Assembly (NCBI RefSeq): GCF_963921235.1
Contig: NC_086097.1
Location: 147,562,001 to 147,626,000, forward strand
DNA length: 64,000 nt
Direction of reading: 5' to 3'
From: Mobula hypostoma
Taxonomy: Eukaryota
Every line of letters starts with the position of its first letter. Position 1 is the stretch's first letter. The notes under the pieces were generated by a model. That model was not told the origin of the DNA, ran no database searches, and was given only the letters and a program-made list of their open reading frames with translations. The position numbers were made by a program, and so were the translations under genes. This document shows, piece after piece, positions 35,049 to 48,944 of the stretch.

Positions 35049-35603
35049 TGTAATAAGGAAAATATTCCTCCATGGTATATGCTAAAATAAAATGGAAGTC
35101 TGCAAGACAGAATGCTGTTAGCTTGGAGACTGATTCAGGAAGTACGAGAGAACCAGTCCACAGCAATGTTTGAGAAAATTAAGGGAGTACCAGTCTATAG
35201 CCGTAACAGTGGAAGATGGAGAAAATTGTTTTTCACAAGAAGGCCAGGTCATTGCGCATGGAAATACATGGAAAAGTGCCAGTGAGAGGGAGTTTGAAGG
35301 GCATAATGGGGCACCTTCTTGGTGCTAGGGGAGAGAGTTCCTTCCTAGGCTAGGTCACAGTACATAAGATAATGCAGCAAGATAGGTAAGAGAGAGATGC
35401 ATGGAACCATTCTGCAGATCAACTCATTTAGAAAATAGTAAGCATTATTTTGATTTCTGTACTGCTGCTACTTACTGCTATAGAGACTTATTTTTCATTT
35501 GTGCTAGTTCTAATAAAGAGTTCTATGGCGAATACATATGCAAATACCCTGAACTGAGCTTGGAAATAACACATCACAAATCTTTAAATAATTTTCATTT
35601 ACA
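35049..35603 (+). repeat. ERV 3' LTR
   Basis: Direct repeat of 32217-32866 with a ~95-bp length difference, preceded by a PPT. Confidence 0.85.
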
Positions 35604-36430
35604 ATTGTGAGCTCTTCTTTTTACATTATATGTCAATGATTTAGTTGACAGAATTGGTGGCTTTGTGACCAAGTTTGTGGACAATAAGAAGATAAGAGGA
35701 GGGGCAGGTAGTGTTGAAGAAGTAGGGAAGCCACAGAAGGATTTAGACAGATTAGGAGAATAGGTAACATTGCAGATAGAATAGAATGACAGGAAGAATA
35801 TGGTCATGCACTTTGATAGAAGAAATAAAAGTGCAATCTGTTTTCTAAATGGAGAGAAAAATTCAAAAATCCAAGGTGCAAAGGGTCTTAGGAGTTCTCA
35901 TGCAGAATTCCCTAAAAGTTAATTTGCAGGTTGAGTTGGTGGTGAGGAAGGTAAATGCAATGTAAGCATTCATTTTGAGAGGACTAGAAAATAAAAGCAA
36001 GGATATAATGTTGAGGCTTTATAAGGCACTGGTAAGGCCTCACTTGGAGTACTGTGTGCAGCTTTGGACTCTTTGGACTTGAAGACCTGAGCTATGAGTA
36101 AAGGTTGAATTGGTTAGGACCTTATTCCCCAGAGTTGAGGAGAATGGCGGGGGGGATTGGATTGAAGTATACAAAATTATGAGCAGTATAGATAGGGTAA
36201 ATGCAAGCAGGTTTTTTCCACTGAGGTGGCTAAGACTAAAACTAAAGGTCATAGGTTAAAGGTGAAAGGTGAAATATTTAAAGTGAACCTGAGGGGTTTT
36301 TCTTCACTCAGAAGGTGTGGGGGTGCGGAAAGAGCTGCCAGTGAAAGTGGGGATGTAGGTTCAATTTCAACATTTAAGAGAAAATAAGATAAGTAGCTGG
36401 ATGAGGATTGGGGTATGGTGGGCCATGGTC
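35604..36430 (+). mobile_element. CR1 RT and 3' fragments (host CR1 resumes after the ERV)
   Basis: LFTLYVNDL..KFVDNKKI..LYKALVRPHLEYCVQ, then a CR1 3' region. Confidence 0.8.
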
Positions 36431-37139
36431 TTGGTATTCTTCCTGTGGTAGGAAGACTGTGTTTGTACATAATATTGCAATTGCAGTCTTATTATGTTTC
36501 AATATATTTGGAAACAAGTCATACCTACCCTTGTATTCAAATCCTCCTGAAACATTGGCCTTCCTGATTGTTTACTGAGTCTGCATTTTAGCTTTTGATA
36601 ATAAATGGACAGAACGCTGAACATCAACGCCATTCATTCTTTTTGTATTTAAAACAATTCTATCCTTCAACTTTGTATCAAAGTGGATGGCCTCAAATGG
36701 TCCATCTCTCATGTCTTTGCCCATTTTCTTTGTCTTGTATATCTTCTTGTAGCCTCCATGCATCATGCTCGAAGAAAACCATTTACCATTGCATCAATAG
36801 AAAATCTGGATATATTTTAACTGATCCTTGCATTTTAATCGTTGTTTGTAAATTGTGAGTAGTTCAGGCCCTAGCAATGATCCTTGTAGCAACTACTGGA
36901 CACAAAGTCCCCATTTATTCCTGCACTCTATTTTCTCTCTGTTTATCGATTCATGCCAATAAACTAACCCCAGTTCTGTGCTTTCTAATTTACTTTAAAG
37001 GTTCCAATTGCAAGCCATGTGAAACACACAACTGTGATCGATTTACCCTTACCTATTCTGCTGGTAACAAACCTCAAAAAATTCCAACAGATTTGCCAAT
37101 CAATATTTTCATTATAAATTATAAATTGATGCAGCCCTG

Positions 37140-37550
37140 ACCAGTCCTCTGACATTTTCTCATCTGACTATTACTCCCCATGGGTCCCCTCCTCCTTCCT
37201 TTTCTCCTCTTGTTCAACATCTTCTCACCTGCCTATCATCTCCTGATGGTTCCCCTCCTCCTTCTCTTTTCCTATGGTTCACTCTCCTCTCCAGTGAGGC
37301 TCCTTCCTCTTCAGTCCTCTACTTTTCCTACTCATCTGGCTTCACTTATCACCTTCTAATGATCCTCCTTCCCCTCCCCCACCTTTCTATTCTGGCTTCT
37401 TCCCCCTTCTTTTCCAGTCCTGAAGAAGGGGCTCAGCCCGAGATGTCAAATGTTTGTTCAGTTTCATGGATGCTGCCCAACCTGCTGAGTTCATCCAGAA
37501 TTTTGCCTGTGTTGCTTTGGATTTCCAGCATCTGTAGAATCTCTCATGTT
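37140..37550 (+). mobile_element. PLE terminal fragment with decayed hammerhead
   Basis: Pyrimidine-rich tract, CAGTCCTGAAGAAGGGGCTCAGCCCGAGATGTC (~37415-37447), then CCTGCTGAGTTCATCCAG..CAGCATCTG. Confidence 0.7.
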
Positions 37551-38809
37551 ACTGATCAGTCCTGTACTTATTTTTCAAGTGCCCTATCACTACTTCCTTA
37601 ATAATAGATTTCCACATCGAGTATCTCCATATTCATGGTTGCTAGATCCTGCAGATTTATCAGCTTTCAGTCTCATTTATAACCTATTACTAGTTTCTTA
37701 TTAAAGCTAATTTCTCTGAACTCTGCATTTACCTTGACATGTAGTCCATCAGTATTTCCAAGAGTTTTTTGTGTCTTCCTGCATTAAGGCAGAATGAAAT
37801 GTTTAGTTAATTTCTCAACTATTTTCTTTTCCCCCAATATAACTATTCCCATTTCAGACTGCACAATTCCCTTTTTCTCATACTTATGTTTCTATAGAAG
37901 CCCTCACCAATGTTTTTCTCTGCTTCTTGTTACCCCACTCTCACATTTTTCTTTCAGTTTCCTTCTCCTGGCCATCCTTTGTTGAAATCTGTAATATTCC
38001 CAAACCTCAGACTTACAGGGTCTTATGGCAACATTTCAAGTCTCTTGTTTTGAACTAATGCTACTTTCAATTTCTATAAATTGTCACAGTTCAATTCATT
38101 TTCCTGCCTTTTTTTTTGCCCGAAAGGGATATATGATTTGTAAACTACAGATTAGCTCCTTCAAAATTAGCAAATGTCTGTTTAGTTTTACACCTTTAAA
38201 TGTGGTTTCCAAATCTGTGATAACCAACACACACATCATGCCCTTGCGTCTACTATATTGAGGTTTAAAGCCATGACTCAATAAGCTTTATATGCAATTT
38301 TCACATATTTACTATTCCCTGAAGTCACTTTAATCAATTAAACCTTTCTGAATGCACAATATTAGATGAAATAACCTGGCCTGGTTCATTGTTTCCACAG
38401 CATACTGATCAAGAACGTTATCTCTATTGCATCCCATACATTTATTTGCCGTACATCCTCGCCTCATCTAGCTTGCACAGCATGAATAGCAATGAAAAGT
38501 TACTGTGTTCTCTTCAAGGGAAATGACCTAATGTTTTCTTCTTCGAGAACTGGCCTATTGTTACTAGAATAAATTTGCCATTAGATTAATCACTCCCTTT
38601 GCAAACTTGACATTTCCATTCAAAATGTTAGGAATCCATGAATGTCAAAAAACAGTTCAAGATTACAGCGTGATGCTTCACCTCACAGCACAAAGAACTT
38701 TCGCATTTTTACAACTATCACAGAATAATAACAAAGCAATCCAGTGCCTACATGGTATGTGTTTTGCCTCCTATGAAACTAAGATATGCAAAAAAAAGCT
38801 GTCATTTAT

Positions 38810-39640
38810 GAGCAGAGTTATAAAGCAGAATTAGGCTATTCAGCTCAACAAATCTGCTCTACCATTCCATCATGGCTGATTTATTATCCTTTTCAACATC
38901 ATTCTCCTGCCTTCTCCCCATAACCTTTGATGCCCTTACTGATCAAGAACCTATCAACCTCCTTTTTAACTATCCCCAATAATATTCCCAATGAATTGAA
39001 CAGATTCACCACCTTCCAGCTAAAGAAATAACCCTTCGTCTCTGTTCTAAATGGACATCCTTGTATTCTGAGGCTGTGCCCTCTGCTCCTAGACACCTTC
39101 ACGATTCTTTCCAGGCTTTATCACTATTCGATAGTTTTCAGTGAGATTCACCTCCTCGCCCACCCCCATTCTTCCACACTCTAGTGAGTATAGGCCCGGA
39201 GCCATTAAACGCTCTTCATATATTAACCTTTTAATTTCCGGGATGACTTTCATGAACTTCCTCTGGACCCTCTCTAGTGCAAGAACATTCTTTCTTAGAT
39301 AAAGGGCCAATAACTGCTCATGATACTCCAAGTGTGGTATTGTTATCATTGAGGGGAACATCCACAGTGGTATTCTGCAATGTCTGCCTGTTCTTTTTCC
39401 CACTGCTAACAGTCAGACAGCCATCTGCCTCCTGCAGCTTAGGTGTGACTACCTCCCTGCAGCTCCTATCTATCACCTCCTCATTCTTCTGTATGAGCTA
39501 AAAGTCATCTAACTGTAGCTCCAGTTCCCTAACATGTTTTGTAAAGAGCTGCATGCAGATGTAATTATCAGGAAGACCGGAGATCTCTGAGAGTTCCCAT
39601 ATCCCACAAGCAAGAAGAATACACCACTGTCCCTGGACCC
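38810..39640 (-). mobile_element. CR1 fragments (3' end fused to 5' ORF1 region)
   Basis: ORFs 38899..39102 and 39089..39403 (LALERVQRKFMKVIP). Confidence 0.75.
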
Positions 39641-40089
39641 ATTCTCACTGCACTAATAGACAAAAAAAGAAAGAAATTTACCAGAAACATACCTAGAGCC
39701 TTCATCTCTTCTTCCCTAAGCCTCTTGAGCCAAAGCCTGAAACTAACCACGATGACAGTGTCCCACACCAACAACGGCCACTCCCATTGTGACTGCTCCA
39801 TTTAAATCTAACTTCTTTTTATCAGCCTTTGCAAAGTGCTTAATAAATCACGACGACTGAAGCCTACTGAAAGGCCTTGAAAGGCCCCAAGCACTTTTTA
39901 AATCTCATGTTCCCTCACCAAATCAAGCAACTGCTCGTGATGAGTGAAACCTGCCAAAAAAACAAGATAGTCTATCAATTGGTTATGGGACTCTTTAAGA
40001 TTCTGTTTTGATAAATGGAGGAGAACACAATTTGACTTACAGTAGGTCAGGATAAATTAACACTTGATAAGGTAAATTTATATGCACAC

Positions 40090-40182
40090 AGTTGCCAGGC
40101 TGGCCACATTAACCACCTCAGAATCCACAAAGCAGGAATAGAAGCAAATCATTCCTGATCCTAAAGAACTGCTGAAGATGAT
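40090..40182 (+). mobile_element. RTE-like LINE 3' tail remnant
   Basis: Reads CQAGHINHLRIHK.. (C2H2-like end of RTE ORF), then GCAAATCATTCCTGATCC..GAAGATGATG. Confidence 0.45.
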
Positions 40183-41269
40183 GCGCATACATGTGTGATG
40201 AAAATTTAGTACTGGATCCAGCGTATCTACAACATCCTTGTCACAAAGAGGACAGGTCAATTTTAGTTGGAGGAGGTTATCTATGTGATTGTACTTACTA
40301 TAAGTGAAAAAGGGTTGCCTTTTGTGACTGATTAAAAGTGAATTACACTTCTCTAGGCATGTGATATAAAAAATACATTTTTGATTCAATACAGATGAAC
40401 CAGAAATTCCTCTTTAATATGAGAAAGCAATGAAAATTAAATTCACTATCTTTCACAAGTTAACCAATATGCCTGCAGTTCTATTTAATAAGACATAGGT
40501 GAAAGTGACACTTCTAGAAGTAATTTCATAAGATAAATCTGTAACTACACACCACATTAAACCATGGGAGAAGATCAAGGCTGCTAAAATGAATAAAATC
40601 ATGGTTAGGATTGATGTTCAGTACTATATCATATACTCAACTTAGGCAAAGGATTTTCAAGTATAGTACTGAAAACATCTAAAAGACAGCCAAGCCACTG
40701 TATAGCAGTAAAAGGGACATTTCATTAAGCCTTTGAAAGCTTGTTTTACCGCTTTATTTACATATCTATGTCTGATCTCCATGCATGTTGCTCCATGTCC
40801 TTGATAACTTTGCCTAACAGAAAAGTGCCAGCTAAATTTTACGAATTCCAATTATTCCTAAATCCATAGATTTTGGAAGGAGTGAGTTCCACATTTTTAC
40901 TATTCGTGACCCAGAGCAACTGCATCCTAATCTTATTCTGTAGTAGCAGTATTAACACATCCCAAACTAAAAAAAAAGCTTATCTATTTCTGCTGTGTTA
41001 AACCATCCTATCATTTTCAATAACTCATTTACTGTATATCCTCCCAAAACTTTTTAAACTTATCAAATACAAGATAAGTTAGGAAACTTGCTCTCATAAA
41101 TTACTTGCAAGATCCTTGCAAATCTGTGTAATATCATAGTGATGGCAAGTAAATGATTCTTTTCTTGATGGATGAACTTAAAAGGCGTTAAGCACCCTCA
41201 CATACCAGATATAGATGATCTGACAGAACATACCCATCCTTTACCCATTCCTTCATTTGTCATAATCAG

Positions 41270-42720
41270 TGCATCACTGGCAGGCTAACACATATTGCCC
41301 ATCCCTAACTGCTCTTGAAAAGATAGTGTTCAGCCTATCTCTTTATTTGCAGTAGTCCTCCTTATGAAGGTATTCCCAAAATACAGTTGAGTGGGGAATT
41401 CCAGGATTTATACTGAGCAATGATGTAAGAATGTCAATATATTTCTAAATCGGATGGTGAGCAAAGTGGAGGGAAAAATGGAGATGGTGATTTTCATGGG
41501 CATTTGTTGTTTTTGTTTTTATTTATCCTTTTTTTCGGTTCATGGCAAATGAATGTAGCTTACTGAGTAACTGCAATGCATTTTATAAATGGTGCACATG
41601 AAATGGTGATGGAGCGAATACATGTATTTGATGGTTGATGGGGTGTCACCCGGACGGTGACAAACATCCTGTTTCATCTAGGAAAGCAGAGAGTATTCCA
41701 CCACCATCAGACTTCTGCCTTGTAAGTTATGGGTGGCCTTTGAGGAGTTAGATGGGTTATGCTGCAAGATTATCGGCCTCTTACTTGCTCTTGTAACCTT
41801 TATGTGGTTATCCCACTTTAAGTTTCTGGCCAGGATGTCGATTACTTGGGATTCAGGAACGGAAATACCTATGTATGTCATTATAAGGCAGCTGGACTCT
41901 CTTTGCTACTGCTTATCACTTCTGTGACACAAATGTTACTTGTCATATCTGCCCATGCTTGAATGTTATCTAAATCTTACTGCACACTGGTATGGACTGA
42001 TTCTTTGCCAAAGCAGTTGCAAATGGAATTGAATATTGTGCAATAATCAAAGAACAACCCATTATAGTGGAAGGAATTGATGAAGCAGCCGAAAATATCT
42101 GGATATGGGACACAGCCTGAGAAAGATCTGCAGTGATGGATGGCCTGGGTGGGGATAACTGACCCTCAATTATCAGTACCATCTTCCACCGTGCGTATTA
42201 AGAAGCCAACCAGCAACATATTTTTCTCCTTGATGTTCATTGACATCAGTTTTCTCAGTGGTTCTTGATGCCATAAGTTTATGCTAAAGGACATAATCTT
42301 CAATTTGCCTCTGAAATCCAGCTTTTGTTCTTTGTTTTGACTATAGCTATGATGATTTCACTAGTCTAGTCAAGACGTAAACTGGACATTGGTGAGCAGG
42401 TTATTAGTGAGCAAATGCCATGATAGCATTGTCAGAGACATTACTCATCACTTTGTTTGAGAGTAGGTTGATTGCACAGTAATCATAGTCTCATAGGACT
42501 TGCCCTGCTTTTTGTGAAAGGAAACACGCTTGGCCAAATCGCCACATTACTGGATTGAGGCCAGCTTTGTAAATGTACTGAAATAGCTTGGCTAAAGCTG
42601 CATCTAGCTTTAGACCTATAATAATTACATTGACTGATCTCATAGCATTTAAATTTATCCCATATTCTGAAATGTTGCCTGATATCAGGTGACATGAATC
42701 AATTTGTCTGAAAATTACTT
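41270..42720 (-). mobile_element. Ancient degenerate LINE (CR1/L2-like RT)
   Basis: NLKWDNHIKVTRASKR.. (41678..41881) and decayed RT motifs. The same family appears on + at ~54960-55900. Confidence 0.55.
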
Positions 42721-43029
42721 TCTTTAATGATGGCAGTCTCAGGAGGAAACTGAGTTAAATCGTCTATTCAGCACTTCTACCTGATTATGAATAACTATTA
42801 CGTGATAAAAAGCTTCAAAAGATGTTCAGTCTCTACAGCACATCATACACTACAATTAACTGTAAGCACAATTATGTTGTTTAAAAATTATTATATGCTG
42901 ATATTATGGAACGTTGGAAAATATTCATGAGGTTACTGGCACAGAACGAGACTAAAAACATTTGAAAATGTGCTTATATCACAATGTACAGTAGATGAAG
43001 AGACGGAAAAGAAATGGTCTAATGGACTA

Positions 43030-43615
43030 GGACTAGAATATAAGAGCAGAGTGTGATGCTGAGGCTTTATAAAACATTTGTCAGACCATACATGGTGTGT
43101 TGTGAGCAGTTTTGAGCCCCTTATCTAAGAAAAGATGTGCTGGCATTGGAGAGGGTCCAGAGGAAGTTCACAAAGATGATTCCGGGAATGAAGGGGGTTA
43201 ACGTATGAGGAATGTTTGATGACTCAGGCCTGTACTTGCTGGAGTTTAGAAGAATGAGGGGGGATTTCATTGAAACCTATTGAATATTGAAAGGCCTAGT
43301 TAGGGCGGATGTAGAGAGGATGTTTCCTATAGTGGGTGATTCTAAGACAAGAGGGCATAGTCTCAGAATAGAGGGACGTCCATTTAGGACAGAGATGAGG
43401 AGGAATTTCGTTAGCTAGTGGGTGGTGAATCTGTGGCATTCATTCCCATGGATAGCTGTGGAGGCCATGTCATTGAGTACATTTAAAGTGAAAGTTGATA
43501 GGTTCTTGGTTAGTCAGGGCATTAGAGGTTACAGGGAGAAGATAGGAGTATGGAGTTGAGCAGATTGAATGAGCCGAATGGCTTATTTCTACTCCAATGT
43601 CATATGGACTTATGG
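43030..43615 (+). mobile_element. CR1 3' fragment
   Basis: Nucleotide similarity to the other CR1 3' ends (GAGAGGGTCCAGAGG..GGTGAATCTGTGG..tail). Confidence 0.85.
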
Positions 43616-44539
43616 TGTAATAGGCACACTGAATAGACCGAGACTGAGTGTCGACGATGGGTGCATATTTGCGATATTAATAGCTATTACCTTTATCAGT
43701 AATCATCATCCTGTGCTTTCCATTTTTTATTTCACTACACTGGAGTTCTGGATGTTTCGGAAATGCACTGTGGGATAAATACGGCCTTCTCAACTGATTT
43801 TGCAACACTAATACAGAAGTTGATACTCCTCAACAATTGTTTGACACCATAGAACTAAAAGTTTTTATATTACCAGTTCACATATTCTGGTTTCCCCACA
43901 CAGGTTTACAATAATAGTCTTTCTCCATCAGTAAACCACCTTTTGCAGATATTTTATTTTCCTACGATGAAACAGAAATAGCTTTGTCTTTCTATGGCAT
44001 CTCTAACTGATTAAACTTGCTTGACTGAAATGAAGCCAGTCTGGGCATACCCAGTGAGCAGAAAGCCAAAATTGATGTGTCAATTCTCACTGGTGTTTCA
44101 CTGGTGAATTGTTGGTATTTATGAACACAAATGAAAGCAGATTCAGATCATTCATACTTGCTCATCTAGACACTGAAGTCAGATAAACTGTATTTCAGCC
44201 AATGAGCCTGTTAGAGACCACTAGTCCACTGTTGGAGCCTACTAATAGTATATGGTCAAGATTGGCAAAGCTACTCCTTGATTAAATGATAGCTTCTAAA
44301 AATGATAGTTATGACTTTAAAGGACCCTGAGTGAGGCTGGGATATCCAGACTCCTGCAATGGCTTTTAAGTTGTGTCACATTAAAAAGTCCAATAATAAA
44401 GCAGAATTTCCTGGGCATTCCCCACTGTTTCCACTGGAGAATCTCTTCAAGTATCCTATGATAATTTAGACCATGTACAGCAATTACCAGACCATTAATT
44501 TCAAAATATTTTACAAGTGCGGGAAAGTAATGCAAGGAA

Positions 44540-45425
44540 AGATTCTTTCGCCATTACACCTGTACACATGGGGGATGAGAAAGGACCCGAACTGTAAGCT
44601 CTGTGGTCAAAAGAGGCACAGTCTCTTATACTGTCCAAGGTAAAACAGCTCTAACTCAAGGACGGTACTGGTGGCACGCATGATAAGGTGCTTCTGGCTC
44701 CTACTGACACACTAGAGCGGGAGGGATGCAAGAAGAGGACGGCTGGCACAGATTTGAGGAAGGCCATCACCTTCATCAAAGAGGGAGTTAGGCCTTTCAT
44801 AACCAAACAACCAAAACCCAATCTGCTGCTAACGGCCAGGTCCTGGGAGATGAGTGTCAATCTGGGAAGGAGGTTGCAGTTGCCGGATGTGGTGCACACA
44901 ACCCTACGCCTGGACATTGTACTGTGGTCAACTGAAGACAGGAAAATAATTCTGGATGAGCTGACTGTACCGTGGGACGAGGGATGGGAAAAGGCCAATG
45001 AGAGAAAGGCCTTGAAGTACCAGCCCTTAGTGCAGGAGTGTAAAGATAAGGGATGGCAGGCATGGCTGTTCCCTGTGGAGATCGGCTTCAAAGGTTTCCC
45101 AGCCAAATCAGCATGGCGGTTGTTGTCAGCTCTGGGCCTGGATGAAAGGAGCTAAAAACAAGCAGCTCGTAGGATGGGGGAAGAGGCAGAACGAGCCTCT
45201 TGTTGGATTTGGAGTAGGCGAGAGGAGGGAAGCTGGAAGCCAGGAGCAGATGGGCAGTGACTTGGCCACCACTGCCGGCCCACCAACTGCAGAGGTCGTG
45301 GTTAAGGGTCGAAACACTCTGTGATGGTTGGGAACCACCTGATGATATCTGCTCCTGGCTGAAGGCTATGGTTACCTTATAAAGAATCTGGAGAATGCAC
45401 CCTAACAGGTGTATGTAACAAGTCA
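44540..45425 (+). mobile_element. RLE-type non-LTR retrotransposon 3' fragment (HERO-like)
   Basis: DPNCKLCG zinc knuckle, HDKVL, and restriction-like endonuclease LRLDIVLWS..DELTVPWD..ANERKALKY..GW..FPVEIG (ORF 44688..45155). Confidence 0.82.
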
Positions 45426-47049
45426 ACTTTTTTCATGTTTGGGACATTATTTTCATTTTGTTGTTGAGTGTTTGGTGCTATATTCTGCCATTTAAAACAT
45501 TTTTATTAAATGTAATGGTTTATTTAGTTTTCAACAGTTTTTAGCATGTTTCTGAATACTGGGTGTGTCGTCTGTCAAAGTTTTACCCACTCAGCTGACA
45601 CAATCAGGTTGCACATGAGAATAGAGATATGCAGGGTGTTGCAATTGGATCCAAGACAAATCAGCGAGCAATCTTGGTTTTACTAATCCAAATCAGGAAA
45701 GAATGAGAGATTGGAAAATCCAAGCCACAAGTGCAGGAGGTATTGTTTTCAAGCAATAGCTGGGTTTAAAGTGCAGTAAGAAGGAACTATCTAGCTTCCA
45801 GCATCTATACTGATCCCGCATCCCCTATTGTCTCCCTCCTAGACATTCACAGATTGAGGGGGCATTAAAAACAAGTCTAAAATTATACACGTCTTTCTGA
45901 CAAAACCCAACTGTAAGTGCATTGTTAAAGTTGTCTTTTTACATTGAGCTCTATTCATTGAAAGATCTTCAAAGTTCGATCAATTATTTTTACAAATAAA
46001 AAAAACTAAGACTGTACCATGCAGATGTCCATTAATCCTTCTTTGTAGTTTGAAGATGTAAAAACTTGATGTTAAAATTAACAGTATCAAACCAGTTATG
46101 ATTACAGGTTCCTACCTACTGAGGTGTTATTTTCATGTTGACCTTGCAATTTCATTTTTGCCTGGAATAATTTTGATAGGACTAGAAAAAGATTATAATC
46201 ATGGAGGAGATACAATAATGGTGGAGGAAAAGAGTCAATACCACTGGTATTCTCTTTTTCATGCTGCTTTGGATACTGTATTTGTCTGAACTTTCAGGTG
46301 TTGTAATGTTTTGAATGCAAGTCCTGGTAGGTAGCAGCATTTCACACTGGGAACATCAAGGAGGTCAGGGAATGTCAGGTGTTAATGACTTGTGAAGGAA
46401 CTGCATGATGTCTAGGTGACAGGCTGGTAGGTTCTGTCAGCTAAATGTTAGAAATGGATTACATTTTCCATTCCGAATGAAAATCAAACCCAACTTGTCA
46501 ACAGCAGTTTACACCTCTCTGAAACAGAAGATTACAAGACCACGTACTTGTTACCTTCATCTTTCACCAATTCATTTCTAGCTTTCCAATGTAAGTGCAT
46601 AATTCTAAATAAGACTGTATTACCCATGTGAGGTCTCACAGAGTCAATTTAACTTACAGTTTTACCATGCATGAATAGAAATTAATTGACTAGAAAATGC
46701 CTTCCCTCACAATTATTTATAATTTGGATCAATTTGACTTCACTGAAATCCATTATTTTTACAATAATAATTATGATTTCAAGTATTAAAAGATTTGTAA
46801 ATTGAACTCATTGAGTTCAGCCTGCCGCTCATTAATTGAGCAAAATGTCACTAAATCTTCACAAAAGCAAGTCAGACAAAAGCTGCCTCATTTCAACCAA
46901 GCAGATGTTAGGAAGGTTGACCATCAGTTCGTTAGAGAGATAAGTTTTAAGCAGACTCAGATTCTGATGTTAGTTCTGATGAAGTTTGTCTTTCTACAGA
47001 TGCAGTCTGACATACTGGACATCTTCAGCATTTTCTGTTTTCAATTTTC

Positions 47050-47230
47050 AGGCAGCCGTGGAGGCGAAGTCATTGGGTCTATTTAAGGAAGAGGTAGATA
47101 GATTCTTGATTAGTCAAGGCAAAAAGGGAAACGGGGATAAGGTGAGGGGGGGGGGGCTGGAGATTGGGACTGAGAGAGAAATGGATCAGCCATTACTAAT
47201 TTTGCTTCTATATCTTATGGTCTTATGATC
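47050..47230 (+). mobile_element. CR1 3' end
   Basis: AVEAKSLGLFKEEVDRFLISQG and TCTTATGGTCTTATGA tail. Confidence 0.8.
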
Positions 47231-47404
47231 TAAGAAGCTGAAGGCAAAGTCATTAGTAGAGGTGCAAAGGAATTTAGCCATGCATGTAAGAGGGTTGTAG
47301 AGAGCTGCAGAGCCAGGTAATGATATAGGGATGGAAGGGAGGTTGTCACCATGGAGGACTGATTTGAGTATAGAATAATATTACCATTAAGACAGTGATA
47401 AATG

Positions 47405-48640
47405 AAGACAATAAGGCAATAAGACATAGGAGCAGAATTAGGCCATTCAGCCCATTGAGTCTGCTCCACCATTCCATCATGGCTGATCCCAGTATCTGTA
47501 TCTTGTTTTATGGCGGTTGGCATCCAGCTTAATGGTGCATTACCAGTGGCTGATCCCAGATCCCATTCAACCCCATTTCACCTGCCTTCTCGCTGTATCC
47601 TTTGATGACCCGACCAATCAGGAAACTATCAACTTCCACCTTAAATATACCCTCAGACTTGGCCTCCACTGCAGTCTGCGGCAGAACATTCCACAGATTC
47701 ACTACTCCCTGGCTAAAAAAATTCCTCCTTACCTCTGTTCTAAAAGGTAGCCCCTCAATTTTCAGGTTGTGCCCTCTAGTTTTGGATACCCCCACCAGAA
47801 GAAACATCCTCTCTACATCCACCCTATTTAGTCCTTTCAACATTCAATAGGTTTCAATGAGATCCACCCCGCCCCACACATTCTCCTAAATTCCAGTGAG
47901 CACAGGCCCAAAGCTGCCAAAAGCTCCTCATATGTTAACCCCTTCATTCCAGGAATCATTCTCATGAACCTCCTCTGGACTCTCTCCATTGACAACACAT
48001 CCTCTCTGAGATATAGGGCCCAAAACTGTTGACAAAACTCTAAGTGCTGCCTGACTAGTGTCTTATAAAGCCTCAGCATTATCTCCTTGCTTTTATATTC
48101 TATTCCCCTTGAAATAATGTCAACATTGCGTTTGGCGTCTTTACCACGGACTCAACCTGTAAATTAACCTTCAGGGAGCCTTGCATGAGGACCCCTCGGT
48201 CTCTCTGCACCTCTGAGGTTTGAACCTTATCCCCATTTAGATAATAGTCCACACCATTATTTCTTTTACCAAAATACATTTCCATACATTTCCCAACACT
48301 GTATTCCATCTGTCACTGTTTTGCCCATTCTTCCAATTTGTCTAAGTCCTGGTGCAATCACATTGCTTCCTCAGCACCACCTACCCCTCCACCTGTCTTG
48401 TATCATCTGCAAACTTTGTCACAAAGCCATCAATTCCATTATCCAAATCATTGAGAAACAATGTGAAAAGTAGTGATCCCAATACTGACCCCTGAGGAAA
48501 ACCACCAGTCACTGGCAGCCAACCAGAAAAGGCCCCCTTTACCCCCATTTAATGCCTCCTGCTTTTCCGCCATTCCTCTGTCCATGCTAGTATCTTTCCT
48601 GTAACGCCACAGGATTTTAGCTTGTTAAGCAGCCTCGTAT
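47405..48640 (-). mobile_element. CR1 3' portion
   Basis: ORFs 47529..47843, 47837..48079 and 48100..48309 are CR1 RT pieces. Confidence 0.88.
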
Positions 48641-48944
48641 GTGGATCACTGAGTACAAAATTTATATTTAATTTATGCTTTCCTTGTAAATGCTGCTTAT
48701 ATGATGCTGCACGTAGGTTTTTTTTGGATCTGTACACACATGCAATTATGCATGCAACAATAAACTCAGCTATGACTTTGACCATTTCTATCAAGTCAGA
48801 AGAAAAAATCTTACTTCATGAGGGGTGTTGGATGGAATGCTGAGAACAGCTGCAGAGTTACTAAAAATGAGGTGCCAGCTTAGTGAAGCTGCAACATAAG
48901 CAGCACTTGTAGGCTAAGCAGGAAAACAGCATTAAACCAACTAA

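Larger units (their letters stand above)
32217..35603 (+). mobile_element. Class III-like (ERV-L/ERV-S type) endogenous retrovirus, gag only, two LTRs
   Basis: 5' LTR 32217-32866 and 3' LTR 35049-35603 (TGTAA...TTTACA). PBS TGGCGCTGTGA at 32869, PPT AAGAGGTGGAG before 35049, gag motifs between them, no RT motif seen. Confidence 0.82.

Noticed and set aside
32212..35608. Exact TSD for the ERV
   Set aside because: GTTGG versus ATTGT match at only 3 of 5 positions, so it was not used as evidence. Continuity of the host CR1 supports the boundaries instead.
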